From the NCBI RefSeq assembly GCF_037042905.1, contig NC_087247.1, positions 71,052,001 to 71,116,000 of the forward strand: a DNA stretch of 64,000 nt, read 5' to 3'. The notes beneath the pieces are model-generated. The model saw nothing but the letters and a program-made list of their open reading frames with translations. It searched no databases and had not been told where the DNA came from. Below are positions 39,390 through 51,675 of this stretch, one piece after another. A program made the position numbers and the translations under genes. The DNA comes from Lytechinus pictus (Eukaryota). The stretch's first letter is position 1, and each line of letters starts with the position of its first letter.

Positions 39390-39603
39390 ATACCTCCCAG
39401 AAAAAGGACCAGAAAAGGGAAAGCTGCCCAAGCTACCCCTCTTAGGCCGGCGGTCGAAGGGGAAGAACAAGGGGTTATGGTGGTGGTAGAGGAGGAGGAG
39501 GTAGAGGAGGAAGAGGAGGGGGTACAGGAGGAGGATGAAAATCTTACTGCTGAGCCAGCTGGAAAGAGAAAAAAGACGCTCACATGTCTTGATGACGAAA
39601 TGG
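39390..39603 (+). pseudogene. 5' fragment of Harbinger second (Myb/MADF-type) gene
   Basis: TATAAAA upstream (~39313); frame reads (ATA, probable decayed ATG)-PPRKRTRKGKAAQ...EEEEVEEEEEGVQEEDE...KRKKTLTCLDDEM, then breaks. The Myb domain itself is not present, so the assignment rests on context. Confidence 0.5.
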
Positions 39604-39904
39604 GTTACCTCTGCAGAAATAAATAAATTGATTATGTTTTGAAAATAAATTGAATTCTAACCACAGTAACAGAAGACAACATCAAATTTTGTTAATGATT
39701 CGATCACTAATGTATTGATTGGGAAAGGCAATCTTTAGGGAGATTCTGGCATTGTGCCCCCCTCCCCCTCCCTTTTTATGAGTGCTCTCACATCAGTAGA
39801 CTACTTCTTGTCAGCAAATTTGAAAGGAATTTAACAAATATTTTTGAGTGACAAACTTTGTGGAAAAAAATAAACAGAATATCAAAGATTTTTATGCTCT
39901 TTTA

Positions 39905-40124
39905 TGAAATTCTGGATGCATCCCTCATATTAATTATTAGGCTCAGCATCGACATCTTTTGAATGAAATTTTAAAAATATTGTATATTATGACTTAGGTG
40001 ACAGCCAGGATCGGACCCTGTATCTTTTTGGCCTCCTCCTTCTCCTGTCCTCGCATTCAACTTTTAACTGATGTGTTTTTAGAATGCCAAGATGTATAAG
40101 TCCAACCAAATTCTGGACATCCAT
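39905..40124 (-). pseudogene. 5' fragment of Harbinger DDE transposase
   Basis: Minus strand from ATG 40124: MDVQNLVGLIHLGILKTHQLKVECEDRRRRRPKRYRVRSWLSPKS*, matching the RRRRxxWVRxWL N-terminal signature; a frameshifted MR-MHPEF motif follows (cf. LRMxPExF). Confidence 0.68.
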
Positions 40125-41210
40125 GTTGGTCGGAGGTTGGCAATCGACTGAAAAATGTGTCATGTGCCGCGATTAGTATGCCGATTGCTTGAAATCGTTT
40201 CAAGAGCCCATCATGAACGTAACATAATCGCTTCATTCGTAGCACCACCGTACCGAGGTCCTAATTAGCGTATGAGCCTCGTTGTACGATCGCTTTGATC
40301 GCAGAAGCAGCGCATCACATCTGCCTCGAATCGTCGCAAGAAAGTGGCATCGTCGTACTTTCAGCGTATTACCATCGCCTTCAGCGCAGGTCGGTCGCAT
40401 AGAAGTTGCAGTGCAATCGTCTCGCAGGCTAAAAATAGAATTCGAGGAAGATTCTGCTACGATTTGCGGGATTTACACAGATCGCCATGGTCGCCACGAT
40501 CGCCTTACGGTGAAAGAGTAGTCTGAGTTTTGTTTTCTGTTAGTTGCAATCCCCCATTCACATGTAGCCTGTTCATTGCATTCCTTCCTTCTTATAAGCA
40601 GAAAGCATGATGGAGAGTGGGTTGAATCTATATGAGGTTAGGAAACTGATTAAGAAGGAGAGGTAGATTTAGAATGTAATCTAATTGGTAATAATGTCAT
40701 TACAGTGGATCTCAGAAGAGCTTAGGGGAGCCAAACAATTAGGTGCATCTAAAAAAGGATTGGACGGGTTGAATAAGGGATCATCGAAACTCATTCCTAA
40801 GATGTCTGTCGTTGGTAGTGATTCTTTCTTCGTGCCCTATTTCAGGATGTGGTGTTTGAGCTTTTGCTAGGTAAAAAGATAAACAAAATAGTGACAGTTC
40901 TGTTTAACCGTACAAACCAATAAAAAGATAGTGAGATCTTCTTATCTCACTGAGATAAGAAGACACATGCCCAAGAAAATTTTAGAACAGATGCACTTCT
41001 TTCATGGTCATACGCACGGGGGAGGAATCATTTTAGAAAATGCAAAAGTGTCCCCACTACAAACTCGCTCACCTCGCTCCATGGCTTTCGAGTTTGTTAA
41101 AAAAATAAAAATTACGCGTCACCCCCCCCCCCCCCCGACGGAAGTAAACTCTGCGTAAGGCCAAATTTATTTGATTAAAGTAAAAAAAAAAAAAACATTT
41201 GAAAAAAAAT

Positions 41211-41456
41211 GCTCGCGCCATCAACATCGGGTCATCGCGTCCGGTCGCGTCACCCGACCATTCGAGAAAAGGGCCCTCTAAAATGCCAAAACGTCGGGTC
41301 CAGTTTACCCGATGTTTTGTAAAAATTGTAGCCAAATATACAGAAGGTCGGGTAAACTAGATGTTTTGGGAATCTAGGGGGGGGGGGGCTTCTAAAAAAA
41401 GTCAAGTTACGCGATTGCCCGACCGGACGCGATAACCCAATGTGAGGGCACAGCCC
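41211..41456. mobile_element. MITE with ~40-bp imperfect TIRs
   Basis: ACATCGGGTCATCGCGTCCGGTCG vs CGACCGGACGCGATAACCCAATGT; inner inverted pair AGTTTACCCGA / TCGGGTAAACT. Confidence 0.7.
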
Positions 41457-41984
41457 ATAAGAAGTAAGCTCCGGTGAAAATACAGACGATAGTAATTATT
41501 AAAATGCCGCTATGCCACCCACTGCCTTATATAACAAATGACCATCTATATTTTGTTTATTTTAAACCATATTTAGCATCATAATAAATGATGAGGATAC
41601 AGTGAGATAAGGGAATGCAAAGCATTCTACAAAATATACGGACGGAAATTGTCTAAGAGAAATCTTGAAAAATATTTATGACCGATAATTGAGTGAGATA
41701 TCATATTGATAATATGAATTTGTTTATTTGTTTATTAATACAGATGTATATATGCATATGTATATTTAGTTATCCCTTGTTGATATTTATGTTGATTCTT
41801 TGATTCCTATTCGATCATTGAATAACAATTATAATATGGACTTTATTTCAGCATGGTTCGTTACATTATTTTGTTAAAGATGTACACTTTAATGACAAAC
41901 ACATTGAAATAATAATTTTACCATCTTCTTTTTTGTATGTATGCTACAATTTTAATTCTTTTCATAATTGTTTTACTATTTAAG

Positions 41985-42105
41985 GAAATATCGGTTGGAG
42001 AGAGAATTATCAAACATGTCATGGCGAATACGATGGGAGGACATTAGTTTCAATAGCAAAGGAGATAAGATGCGTAAACTTGGAAGTCGGATGAGTCTCG
42101 CTTCG
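41985..42105 (+). CDS. Receptor guanylyl cyclase (NPR-like) exon: cytoplasmic juxtamembrane segment / start of kinase-homology domain
   Basis: Acceptor ctatttaag, donor TCG|gtaagt at 42106; 121 nt, phase 2 to 0; KYRLERELSNMSWRIRWEDISFNSKGDKMRKLGSRMSLAS, with the LExELxxxxWRIxWED motif. Confidence 0.92.
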
Positions 42106-42308
42106 GTAAGTAAAACAAGTGATTGATAATTTCAGCAAAATTGATCATGGAGAGGACATGGCGAGCGAGGATATTTGCTATTTTTAAGAGCGAGTATGCA
42201 CATAATATTGAGCGTGTAACTATGTATAATATCACAGCCACACCAGCTAAAGTGATACCAGACTGACAATTATCATTGACATATTGGATGGTTGGTGTGT
42301 TATAACAG

Positions 42309-42464
42309 GGGAGTGTTTCATCAACATTTTCATCCGACAAGTTGTCAGATCTGACATCTTTCTCTGATGTTGATTGGCTGAGAGGTACTGTTACTATGGT
42401 AACTGTCGGATAAAATGGGACTTGTCGGATAAAACGTCCGACAAGTCCTTTCATGAAACGCCCC
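42309..42464. mobile_element. PIF/Harbinger-type (Tourist-like) MITE
   Basis: TIR GGGAGTGTTTCAT / ATGAAACGCCCC, 3-bp TSD CAG, internal TCCGACAAGT / ACTTGTCGGA repeats; related decayed pieces near 34318-34450 and 24930-25035. Confidence 0.75.
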
Positions 42465-42584
42465 CAGGTTGTTGCAGGAATTAGGCTTTAATGCCAATCT
42501 CAACGCCCCCTTAAAATATTCCACACTATACCTTACTAATACCGGGCAACTGTGATCGCGTTTATATTGAAACAAAAAAGACGA

Positions 42585-43938
42585 GTTCGACACGGCACGC
42601 GAATCGCGAACGGAAGTAGGATAGACGTCACAAATATATTCCGTGTCAAGTTGACTTAGGTCATGCGCGTTCGACACGGCTTTCTGTTTACACACGACAA
42701 AATGGGTGAGTATGACTGGCTCGCGGCAGGGGCGGCGGAACGTTTTTTCGTTTGGGGCGGGCAAAGCCAAAAGGGGCACCTATATGCCAAAAGTGCAATT
42801 TGGTACAAACGGATATTTTCACCATGAGATTATCATCTGTGTGAACAAGTTGTGTGTTTTGTTGTAATTAAAATGAGCAAAGTCTTTTTTAAAGTGATTT
42901 CTGATTGATAAGATATATATATATATATTTAGGTTTTATTTTGCGCGAGGGAGCGTAGCGAGCGAGCGGTATGGAAGAAAATTCCAATCTGAAGTTGTAA
43001 AACTTGCTTTTTGGTCAATTATTAAAACGGCATTCTTGCGAGATGTTGCGAGCGCGAATCACGAGCTCAAACTTTTAGAATTTCATGTAGTACGATATGA
43101 AAAGTAAACATTCCGAGCAATTTTTGTAATCATGAAAAAGGATGTGAATTTAACTAAAGAATTAACGCGAGCGCAAAGCGCGAGCAGAAACTTGTATATA
43201 CTGACCAGAAAAGGAGCCTTTAAAGACTGCATTTAGTGACTCATGAATAGGATACGGGCTACATATCTCACCAATCTAATAATGCGAGCGCGAAGTGCGA
43301 GGTGAAAAATTCCGGAAAAATTGTGATTTTCTCACCTGAAAACTGGATATTGTGAGCACTGTTCGTAAGGAGGAACAGAATGACTACCTTAATAAACAAT
43401 AATTGGTGCGGGCGCAAAACACGAGCCAAAAATGTGTGATATTCCAAATTGGACATTCTAAGCATTTTTGTATGAACAGGATGAGTATCTTACTAAACAA
43501 TCATTGATGCGAGCACGAAACACGAGCCAAACATGTGTGATATTCCAACCTGAAAACTGGACATTCTAAGCATTTTTGTAACCATAAACAGGACAAATAC
43601 ATTATACTAAACATTTTTTCACCTAAAATGTTTGTTTTACTTCAAAAAGGGTATTCATTTTGAAAAAGGGTACATTTCATTTTGAAAAAAGGGCATTTTC
43701 CATTTTGAGAAAAGGGCATTTTTTCCTACGGGGAAATTTGGGGGAGGGGCACTTGCCCCCCCCCCCCCCGTTCCGCCGCCCCTGGCTCGCGGGTTCAAAC
43801 CTTCGATTTTGACTGATCGAAAAAGCCGTGTTCGAAACGGCTCGTGGATCACACTGATCGCGTTTACACAGCATGAAATTGCCGTGTTGAGCACGGCTCG
43901 CGTGTCGAACCCCGAGCCGAGTCACTGTGTAAACACGG
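42585..43938. mobile_element. Harbinger-type MITE (left end missing) split by the hAT insertion
   Basis: GTTCGACACGGC / GCCGTGTTCGAA repeats and GTTTACAC motifs on both sides of 42727-43784; right terminus GTGTAAACACGG as in the 9677 element. Confidence 0.65.
42727..43784. mobile_element. hAT-type non-autonomous element with internal ~100-125-bp tandem repeats
   Basis: Perfect TIR CAGGGGCGGCGGAACG / CGTTCCGCCGCCCCTG; perfect 8-bp TSD GCTCGCGG (42719-42726, 43785-43792); about six GCGAGCGCGAAGCGCGAGC-headed units. Confidence 0.93.
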
Positions 43939-46789
43939 ATCAAAGAACATCCAATACAATGTAGGCCTACATTTTCGAAATTCCTGAATGGGACACTCAT
44001 CTGCATAGGCTACAAAGAAATTTTCTTCATAATAGAATGGTTTCTCAAAATGGAAACTACTGAGAAAATGACTAAATATCAGAGCGCTTGAGCTCAAAAT
44101 AGACAAGTTCATAGTTTTAACCTTTATTTTTTGCAGGAGTTTTGAGTTCAGAGTGCGGGAAAGGGTATTTACCCCCCTCCCCCCCCCCCCCGCCTCTCTC
44201 TCTCTCCGCAGAACCACGCCTGTTTACATGGTTTAGGGGTATCTTACGCGATATTGTGTGTAGAATACTTGATCATTATTATACCGTTGCCTTGTTTTGC
44301 AAAATAATATTTACATCTTGTAGAAGAAAACAATTTGTGCTTATGGTCGAACGAGTCACTTATACTTTCATTTCAGTCTTTAAAAAGAAAGAGAGTAAGA
44401 TTTTCTTTGAATGAATGACAAATTAAATTGTTGTTGGCCTTGCCGACAGATATTTTTTATACGCTTGTGAGGGAAAGATAAATGGTGCAACTGGACATGT
44501 TAATGTAAGTTTCCCTTTGAACTGTGAAATTCCAATTATCTAAATTTTCTCTTCCAATTCAGTTGTGATTTTTTTAAAATAAGAAGAATGGTCATCGATT
44601 TGGTTTTCAAAAGATTTTCTTTTTTTTCTAGATCACCCAGAATTTATTGAAAAAAGATATAAATAACAATGAGCATAGTCAACCAAATGAACAGGAGAAT
44701 ATCAATCTAAAATAGCAGTAGCCTATATACTGCATTATACCTGACTGTATTAGTGAAATATTTTGTAGCAGATTATTTATCCTGGTTAATTAGTATGATT
44801 AAATGTTTTTTTCCCAAAATCTCGTTGTCACAAGTGCTCCAATACAACGCAATTGTCTCAATTCATTTCTTTTTTGCACACGTTTTATACAATTTTAAAG
44901 AAAGACATGGAGTGTTTGCATGAAGTGTGCAAACATTGATTCATTTATATTGACTTCTTGTGATGTCATGTTTCCTATCAGTACACGATTCGCTCTTTAT
45001 CAGGAAGTAGCATTAGGAAAACGCATTCACCTGTAATAGTTAACAATAGCAAAACTAATGAATGACCTTGTTATAGTTGTAATAATTGATCAACAATTGG
45101 ACGATGGTTGACCTTCAGGACTATGAAGTATTTGTTGTTGTTGTTGAGTCAGTTGGAAATTGAATTAGAATAAAAACCAGCTTGATATTACTCAAGCATA
45201 ACTATAAATGCATACTTCACGCTTTCAGACCGTTATCTTTGCTTGAATATTTATTTCAATTTTCTCAATTATACAAAGTCTTTATATCAATAGCACGACG
45301 AAATTTACAATGGAATGTCTATGCATGCCAATCAAGAGAGAAGGAATAGGCATTGTCAATCACTTTATGCCATGAATATTACATGAGTACGTCTGACTGA
45401 TCTTCACCTTCCTATTCCATACATAATGCACATTACCCAACATTTTCACAACTCTTCATGCAGCAAAAATGGCGTATCTTGTGGATCTTTTCTTGCAACA
45501 ATCAACAGATTCAATCTTTCCATTACAGTAACCTGGGTCACCTCTTTAGAGACTTGAGACATGTTTCAAGGTAATACCCGAGATTGATATCTTAGTCTGT
45601 TGACCTCAGAAAATAACTTATTTCACTGAATGATTCAGTAAAAAAAAGGAGAAGAAGAATGGTAAATTATTTTCAGTATCACTACTCCTGAGTATAGCGG
45701 GATGCATTACGAATAAATCGCGTAAAACGCATGTCTGCATTATTAATAATTCGTGCATTATATACAAATTTATCTTTTTTGACAACCATGCCAACTTTCC
45801 CTTGGATATATTTTCGTCATTAACAACCTACATTCCTTACCTTTCCTGTCTCAAACTCCATTTCAATCTCATCTGATTATCTTTAATTTCCTTCTGATCA
45901 CTCCCTCTCGAACATTAAATTTTCTCCTCTACTTCTTTGTCTCTGTCGCTCTAGAGATTAGGCTTGAGTTTGTTTCTTTAAAGTCTTCAAAGATGCATAG
46001 CTCAACATACACAGTAGCATTGCTGTAATATTTAAAACCTATTTATATCTTCAGATTTCACAATAACTTTAGTTGACACTTCTAAGGAATGCTAGGATTC
46101 ATCTTTCTTGTCATTCAGGATAATAAAAATGTACTGATAAAAATCATCGAAATTAAGTGACTGTGTATTGTAATGTTACGATAAGTACGATCTTATAATG
46201 TAACAGTCACACCACAGACCGATGGTATACCGATAAAGAATATGATCGGCCTGGACACGGTTTGGCGGTGTGATTACTCACTTGATTAATAATATCAATC
46301 AGAATTTCCACACACAGTGTTCAAGATATTCTATGTTCCCTACCATCTGTCAAATTTACTTTTCTTTAAACTGGGCATGGAGGCTCATAGCACCTTTAAG
46401 CTCAATCTGTGTGTAAATGGGTTTCTTTCTGGCTAGTACCTTCTTGATTGATCAAAGATGGGGGGTCTTCAAGATCCACGGGCTCCTCCTAATCACTTGA
46501 GTATTTCGGCGCCCACGTGACAAACAAAATCATTTCCACTCAAGAAATGTTTTACTTTTATCAATATAAAATTCGTAATGAAAATAATAAGTTGGATATA
46601 ACTGCCGAAACGGGAAAGCAATATCACCTCATTATGTGGGTGCATTTCGTTTCATTTGCCAGGAGATTTGTCCATTTCGAATTCGTTCGCATATAGTCAA
46701 GATGGTATAGTGTGCACGTGGCATGGTACCTGAACTCATAAAAAATACAATTTTCTTCAATCTCAATGAAGTGGATTGTATCTCCTTTG

Positions 46790-46840
46790 TCTTCTTCTTC
46801 TTCTTCTTCTTCTTCTTCTTCTTCTCCTTCTCCTTCTTCC
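46790..46840. repeat. (CTT)n microsatellite
   Basis: Direct reading; abuts the LINE 3' tail. Confidence 0.9.
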
Positions 46841-46842
46841 AG

Positions 46843-48895
46843 TATTTATTTATTATTTATTTATTCATATTTCACCAGGGTAGCCCATTCAACAAAAGTT
46901 GATCTTCCATGAGGCCCTGGATATCAAACAATACAACTATATAGAATTAAAAACAATCAATGGTGATAATACATATACAATCATCAGACCATATGATATT
47001 GTTAAAATACAGACGTATAAAGTGACAACAGTATTAGAGATGATAGTTTATAGCATCAGTCCTGAAATGGGAATGGTATTGCATCCCAGTTGATCGGCCT
47101 AGGCAAGATTGAGGAAATGTCTTTTAACAGAGAGTTTTAAATTATTGAGGGTTTTAACATTTTTAACACTTAGGGGGAGACTATTACATAGAACGCAGCC
47201 ATCATAATATAAAGCAGTTGTATAATAATCAGTACGGCATTCACCTATAACTAAATCATGATGAGCACTTTGTCGAGTATTTACATTATGAACTTTAGAA
47301 ATTTCTTTAAAAACATTTTTAAAACAATCTGCTGATAAGTCATGAAGACATTTATAAATAAATATACACCTGAAGTATTCTACTCTTTTCTTAAAAGGCA
47401 TCCATCTTAAACGAGTAAACATTTCATTAGAGGGGGTGTATATATTACAGTTTAAAATAAGTCTTGCTGCCCTCTTTTGCAATTTAGTCAACTTATCAAT
47501 TTGACCTAAATATCTATTCCCCCAAATTTCACAACAGTAATCCATTTGTGTTTGAATGAGGCATACATATAATAATTTCATTGAAGCTTCATCAACATAT
47601 ATGGTTTGACTCTTCTGAGCATGGCAAGTCCTGCAAATACTTTTCTACATACATAGTCAACATGATTGCACAGTAACAAATTATCATCAATAATAACACC
47701 AAGACATTTAAAACTATTACACTTTTCAATTTTAATACTTTCATACTTAATAGAAATTGCACTATCTTTTAATACATTTAGGCTTTTATTAATTCCAATG
47801 ATTATATATTTGGTTTTATCAACATTTAAACATAGCTTATTTAACTTGATCCACTTAGTGATTGCATCAAAATCATTCTGAAGTTTTACTTGTATTTCAT
47901 AAATAGACGTAGCACTTTATAGGGTAGTATCGTCAGCGTACATTACTAACTTTTTATGATTCAAAACTTTTAACATATCATCAATATAAATAAATAAAAA
48001 ATTAAGGGACCTAATATAGATCCTTGTGGAACTCCAAGGGAAATACATCGATCATTTGATTTAGCATTTTTTATCGCAACATATTGTTTTCTGTTATTTA
48101 AATACGAATCAAACCATGCTAAAGACAAATCACTTAAACCAATATTCTTCAATTTATTGAACAAAATAGACGTATTTACAGTATCAAAAGCACGTCTTAA
48201 ATCAATGAAAAGTGCTCCTGTAATTTAACCTTTGTCTATAGCATTTAACCAATCATCAGTTAAAAAACCGAGGGCCGAAGCTGTGGAATGGCCCGGTCGA
48301 AAACCGAATTGTGCTATGCTAAGAATATTATTGGAAATCAAATAGTCATATAACTGCTGATGAACAATTTTTTCAAAGATCTTGCTTAAAGTCGGTAAAA
48401 TAGAAATTGGTCGAAAATTGCAAACAGAATTAAAGTCACCTTTTTTAAAAAATGGAAAAACCTTAGCATACTTCCAGTTCATCGGAAAAAACACCGGATG
48501 CAAAAGATAAATTAATCAGCCTCGTTATCGAAAAAACGATAAAAGCTTAAGATTTTGATAAATATATTGCATCAATATCATCAGATCCTGTTGCTTTATT
48601 AATATCCAACTCTGAAATCAATTTCTCAACGCATTCTTCTTTAACAGGCTCAAAGTTAAAAACACTTGTTAAAGTCGGATCCAAAAAAGTATTAATACAA
48701 TTATTTTAATCATTTTCAACATGTGCATTTATCTCTTGTTGGGATTTAGCATTAATTCGAATGAAATAATAATTAAAAGCATCAGCAATATCATTATCTG
48801 AATAAAAAACCATTTCATTGTCATATATACTAGATGGAACGGACGAACGTTTTGTAGGCAATAAAGATTTAAGACATTTCCACGTTTTATGCATA
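46843..48895 (-). mobile_element. 5'-truncated, frameshifted non-LTR retrotransposon (L2/Crack, CR1 group), ORF2 reverse transcriptase pseudogene
   Basis: Minus-strand fragments in correct order: KTWKCLKSLLP, WKYAKVFPFFKKGD..NFRPISILPTLSKIFEK, QFGFRPGHST, GVPQGSILGPL, MYADDT (~47926-47943), DYCCEIWG...LQKRAARLIL. 3' UTR ends in stem-loop CCAGGGCCTCATGG...GGGCTACCCTGG (46875-46920) and an (AATA)n tail. Confidence 0.93.
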
Positions 48896-48957
48896 TAAAA
48901 AAGCAGTATAGTGTACATAAACCTCCAAGGAGTATCGTCGTATAACGCTTGTCTGTA

Positions 48958-49573
48958 CACTCTTTTAAATGTTGGGCAACATACTGTCCACATTCTTGGT
49001 AATGTATGTTGGCAAAAAAAATACAAAAAGAATATAAATATATATATATGTGTGTGTGTGTGTGTGTAAGAAATAATATTTTGTTTGGGGTGTGGAAAAG
49101 GTTTTGTTTGTTTTATTTTGTTGATGTTGTGTTTTGTTTTGTTTTCGTGTGTGCTTTATATATAAAATCTTTATTCAGATTATTGTATACTTTCTAAGAA
49201 TAAACATAGAGACTTTTTTTTCTGTATTGTCTTACAAAAGTTGGAGGAATGGATATACATGTATAAGTACTTTTCTTTATTATGGGATAACCTCTTCACT
49301 TCAAAAAGTCTGCACTTTTGATTTTTCATCATACAATACGGTATTATTATACAGTAAATACATGTGAAAGTACGAGGTTTTTGTTATTGGTATTATGGGT
49401 TATGATAATATTTGTTCGAAAAATTTATATCAAGATGTAAATTATTTCATTTGTTATATTGCTGTATAAGTGTACTTCACTTTAATTTGCATACATGTAT
49501 TTGATTTATTACCCTTGTATGTATGAAAAATGTAATAGTATCTGAATAAAGGCTAAAAAAGCAAGAAAAAAAA

Positions 49574-49619
<46 letters not shown>

Positions 49620-49747
49620 GTGGCAATTATCCAATTGAGCAAATGTATTACCCAATTCGGGCAGATTTTAACTAATAGTTGCGTGGACAGTATGTTGCTC
49701 AGGGTTGGTTAAAAGTTTGACATTTTTGCCCAACTATTTTAAGAGTG
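48958..49747. mobile_element. CACT-terminated (EnSpm/CACTA-like) non-autonomous element
   Basis: TA-flanked termini CACTCTTTTAAATGTTGGGCAA / TTGCCCAACTATTTTAAGAGTG; subterminal inverted pair GCAACATACTGTCCAC / GTGGACAGTATGTTGC; interior filled with AT-rich and microsatellite sequence. Confidence 0.62.
49577..49616. repeat. (TA)n microsatellite
   Basis: Direct reading. Confidence 0.9.
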
Positions 49748-51014
49748 TATAACAGCTGATTTAAATCGGTAATTGCTCTTATTATTACTATTCTATTATA
49801 TTCCATACATCGTTGGGTCTTATACCAACTTGGGTTTAAGTGCCATTATAGCCTGTGCCATTATAGCCTAATATCCAGATGGTTTAATATTCACTGCGTC
49901 TACTTAAACATGTTAAATGTCCCATTTTTAGATGAAAGTCAGAAATTATGAGTATATAGCCTAAATTTAAATTAGACAAATTGTAAAAAAATAAAGGGCT
50001 AAAATGCAATAAAACCAAATAATAGACGAACTATAGGATTAGACAATAAGGGGTGAGACCAAATGGAAGTAGACAAAACGGATGTAAATTAGGTGAAGAT
50101 GAATGAAACAAATGACCAAGTCAAAAACAATAAAGATATTAAATGTATACTTAAGTGATGTAGCCTTAATGTAGACTTCGAGTTCCTTTGATAAAAATCA
50201 TAATTATAGAGTAAAACAAGACGAAATATTATATTTGCGTACTTAGGTTATTAACGATATGGTATTTCCTTCAAAAACTTATTAGATTAAACCAAGGTAT
50301 TCACGTAAATAAAACTAATCACAACGAATATCGTGTAAAATGATTTATACCATGCATGAAAGAGATTGATTATTTGTTATTAGTATTATAATTAGTATTA
50401 CTATTATTATTGTTTATTATAAAGGTATGTTATTTCCGCACCGTTACTGAAAAGCAGTTGCCCAAACACAATGTAATAAACGAAACATCAGTGGTTTGCT
50501 GGATAAATAATTTTATTCCATTTTATTTCATTTACAGGTTTAATATCGTGCTTTAGGCGTACAGTTCTATATAAGCTAATTGAGTTCATGTTGGGTAGGT
50601 GTGGTCAGATTCAAGCTAACTGGAAAAATCAAACTATCGCACATGCAATAAACATGTTGAAATGAATCCGTTCGGAATTCTAAGGAATTACCACAAAGTA
50701 TTGGTGTGTTGAATAACATATATACAAAAAAAAAAAAAAAAAAAAAAAAAAATCAGTAATGCATATTAAAGAGGGTTATAATACACTTGCTTATGATTTG
50801 TTTGGGGAATATTTAATTATTTTCAAGCATATATACTTAACTTTCAGCAAGTTATTATGTCACACTATTTTGTTTGTTTGAATTATAAGCGAAAATCTTT
50901 GTCTCAATAATTATTCATGCACTAAGACTACTTAAAATGACATTATACAGTATTTATTTATTTTCCTATTTACGTATTGATTATCATGTTTAAGATTCTT
51001 TCAGCTATTTTCCG

Positions 51015-51148
51015 NNNNNNNNNNNNNNNNNNNNNNNNNNNNNNNNNNNNNNNNNNNNNNNNNNNNNNNNNNNNNNNNNNNNNNNNNNNNNNNNNNNNNN
51101 NNNNNNNNNNNNNNNNNNNNNNNNNNNNNNNNNNNNNNNNNNNNNNNN
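51015..51148. other. Assembly gap (N run)
   Basis: 134 N. Confidence 0.99.
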
Positions 51149-51547
51149 ATTATAATAACAATAATAGCAATAACATTATTAATAATACATGCCTACGCAC
51201 CTTTCCATATGAAGGCTTATAGCTAATGCATGGAATAGAAAGGATCCGTAAAGAGCGTGGTATGAAATTAAAATCATGGTGCAGAAAGGGTCGTTTTTTA
51301 TAAGGGCCAATTTTATGCTTCGTATTTAATATTTCGATCGAGTAATTGAAGAGGAAATCGTTGACAGGGACGTGTATTAGTGGAATAATGTGTAAGGTGT
51401 GTGGTGTACTACATTTAGCATAGAACATGTGAAGGAGAGGGCATCAAATATATCCAAAGGAAACTAAAATAGAGGTTGGATGAGAGTATATGGGAGAGCG
51501 AGAGAAAGATATATAGAGAGAGAGAGACAGGCAGGGATAGAGGGTCA

Positions 51548-51675
51548 NNNNNNNNNNNNNNNNNNNNNNNNNNNNNNNNNNNNNNNNNNNNNNNNNNNNN
51601 NNNNNNNNNNNNNNNNNNNNNNNNNNNNNNNNNNNNNNNNNNNNNNNNNNNNNNNNNNNNNNNNNNNNNNNNNNN
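51548..51675. other. Assembly gap (N run)
   Basis: 128 N. Confidence 0.99.

Larger units (their letters stand above)
38763..40522. mobile_element. Internally deleted PIF/Harbinger transposon carrying 5' ends of both genes
   Basis: Decayed TIRs (ACCCCCATCTCACTAGATGGCGAT / ATCGCCTTACGGTGAAAGAGTAGT), palindrome TTTTGAACATGTTCAAAA, CG-rich GATCG subterminal repeats, convergent ORF remnants. Confidence 0.8.

Noticed and set aside
42106-42126. NPR-C-like short-tail isoform by read-through of exon 41985-42105 (adds VSKTSD-stop)
   Set aside because: Any AT-rich intron gives an early stop; the donor is consensus gtaagt and a downstream KHD exon exists; no positive evidence
42944-43600. CRISPR-like repeat-spacer array
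   Set aside because: Eukaryotic context, degenerate repeats, inter-repeat segments resemble each other, and the array sits within hAT TIRs/TSD
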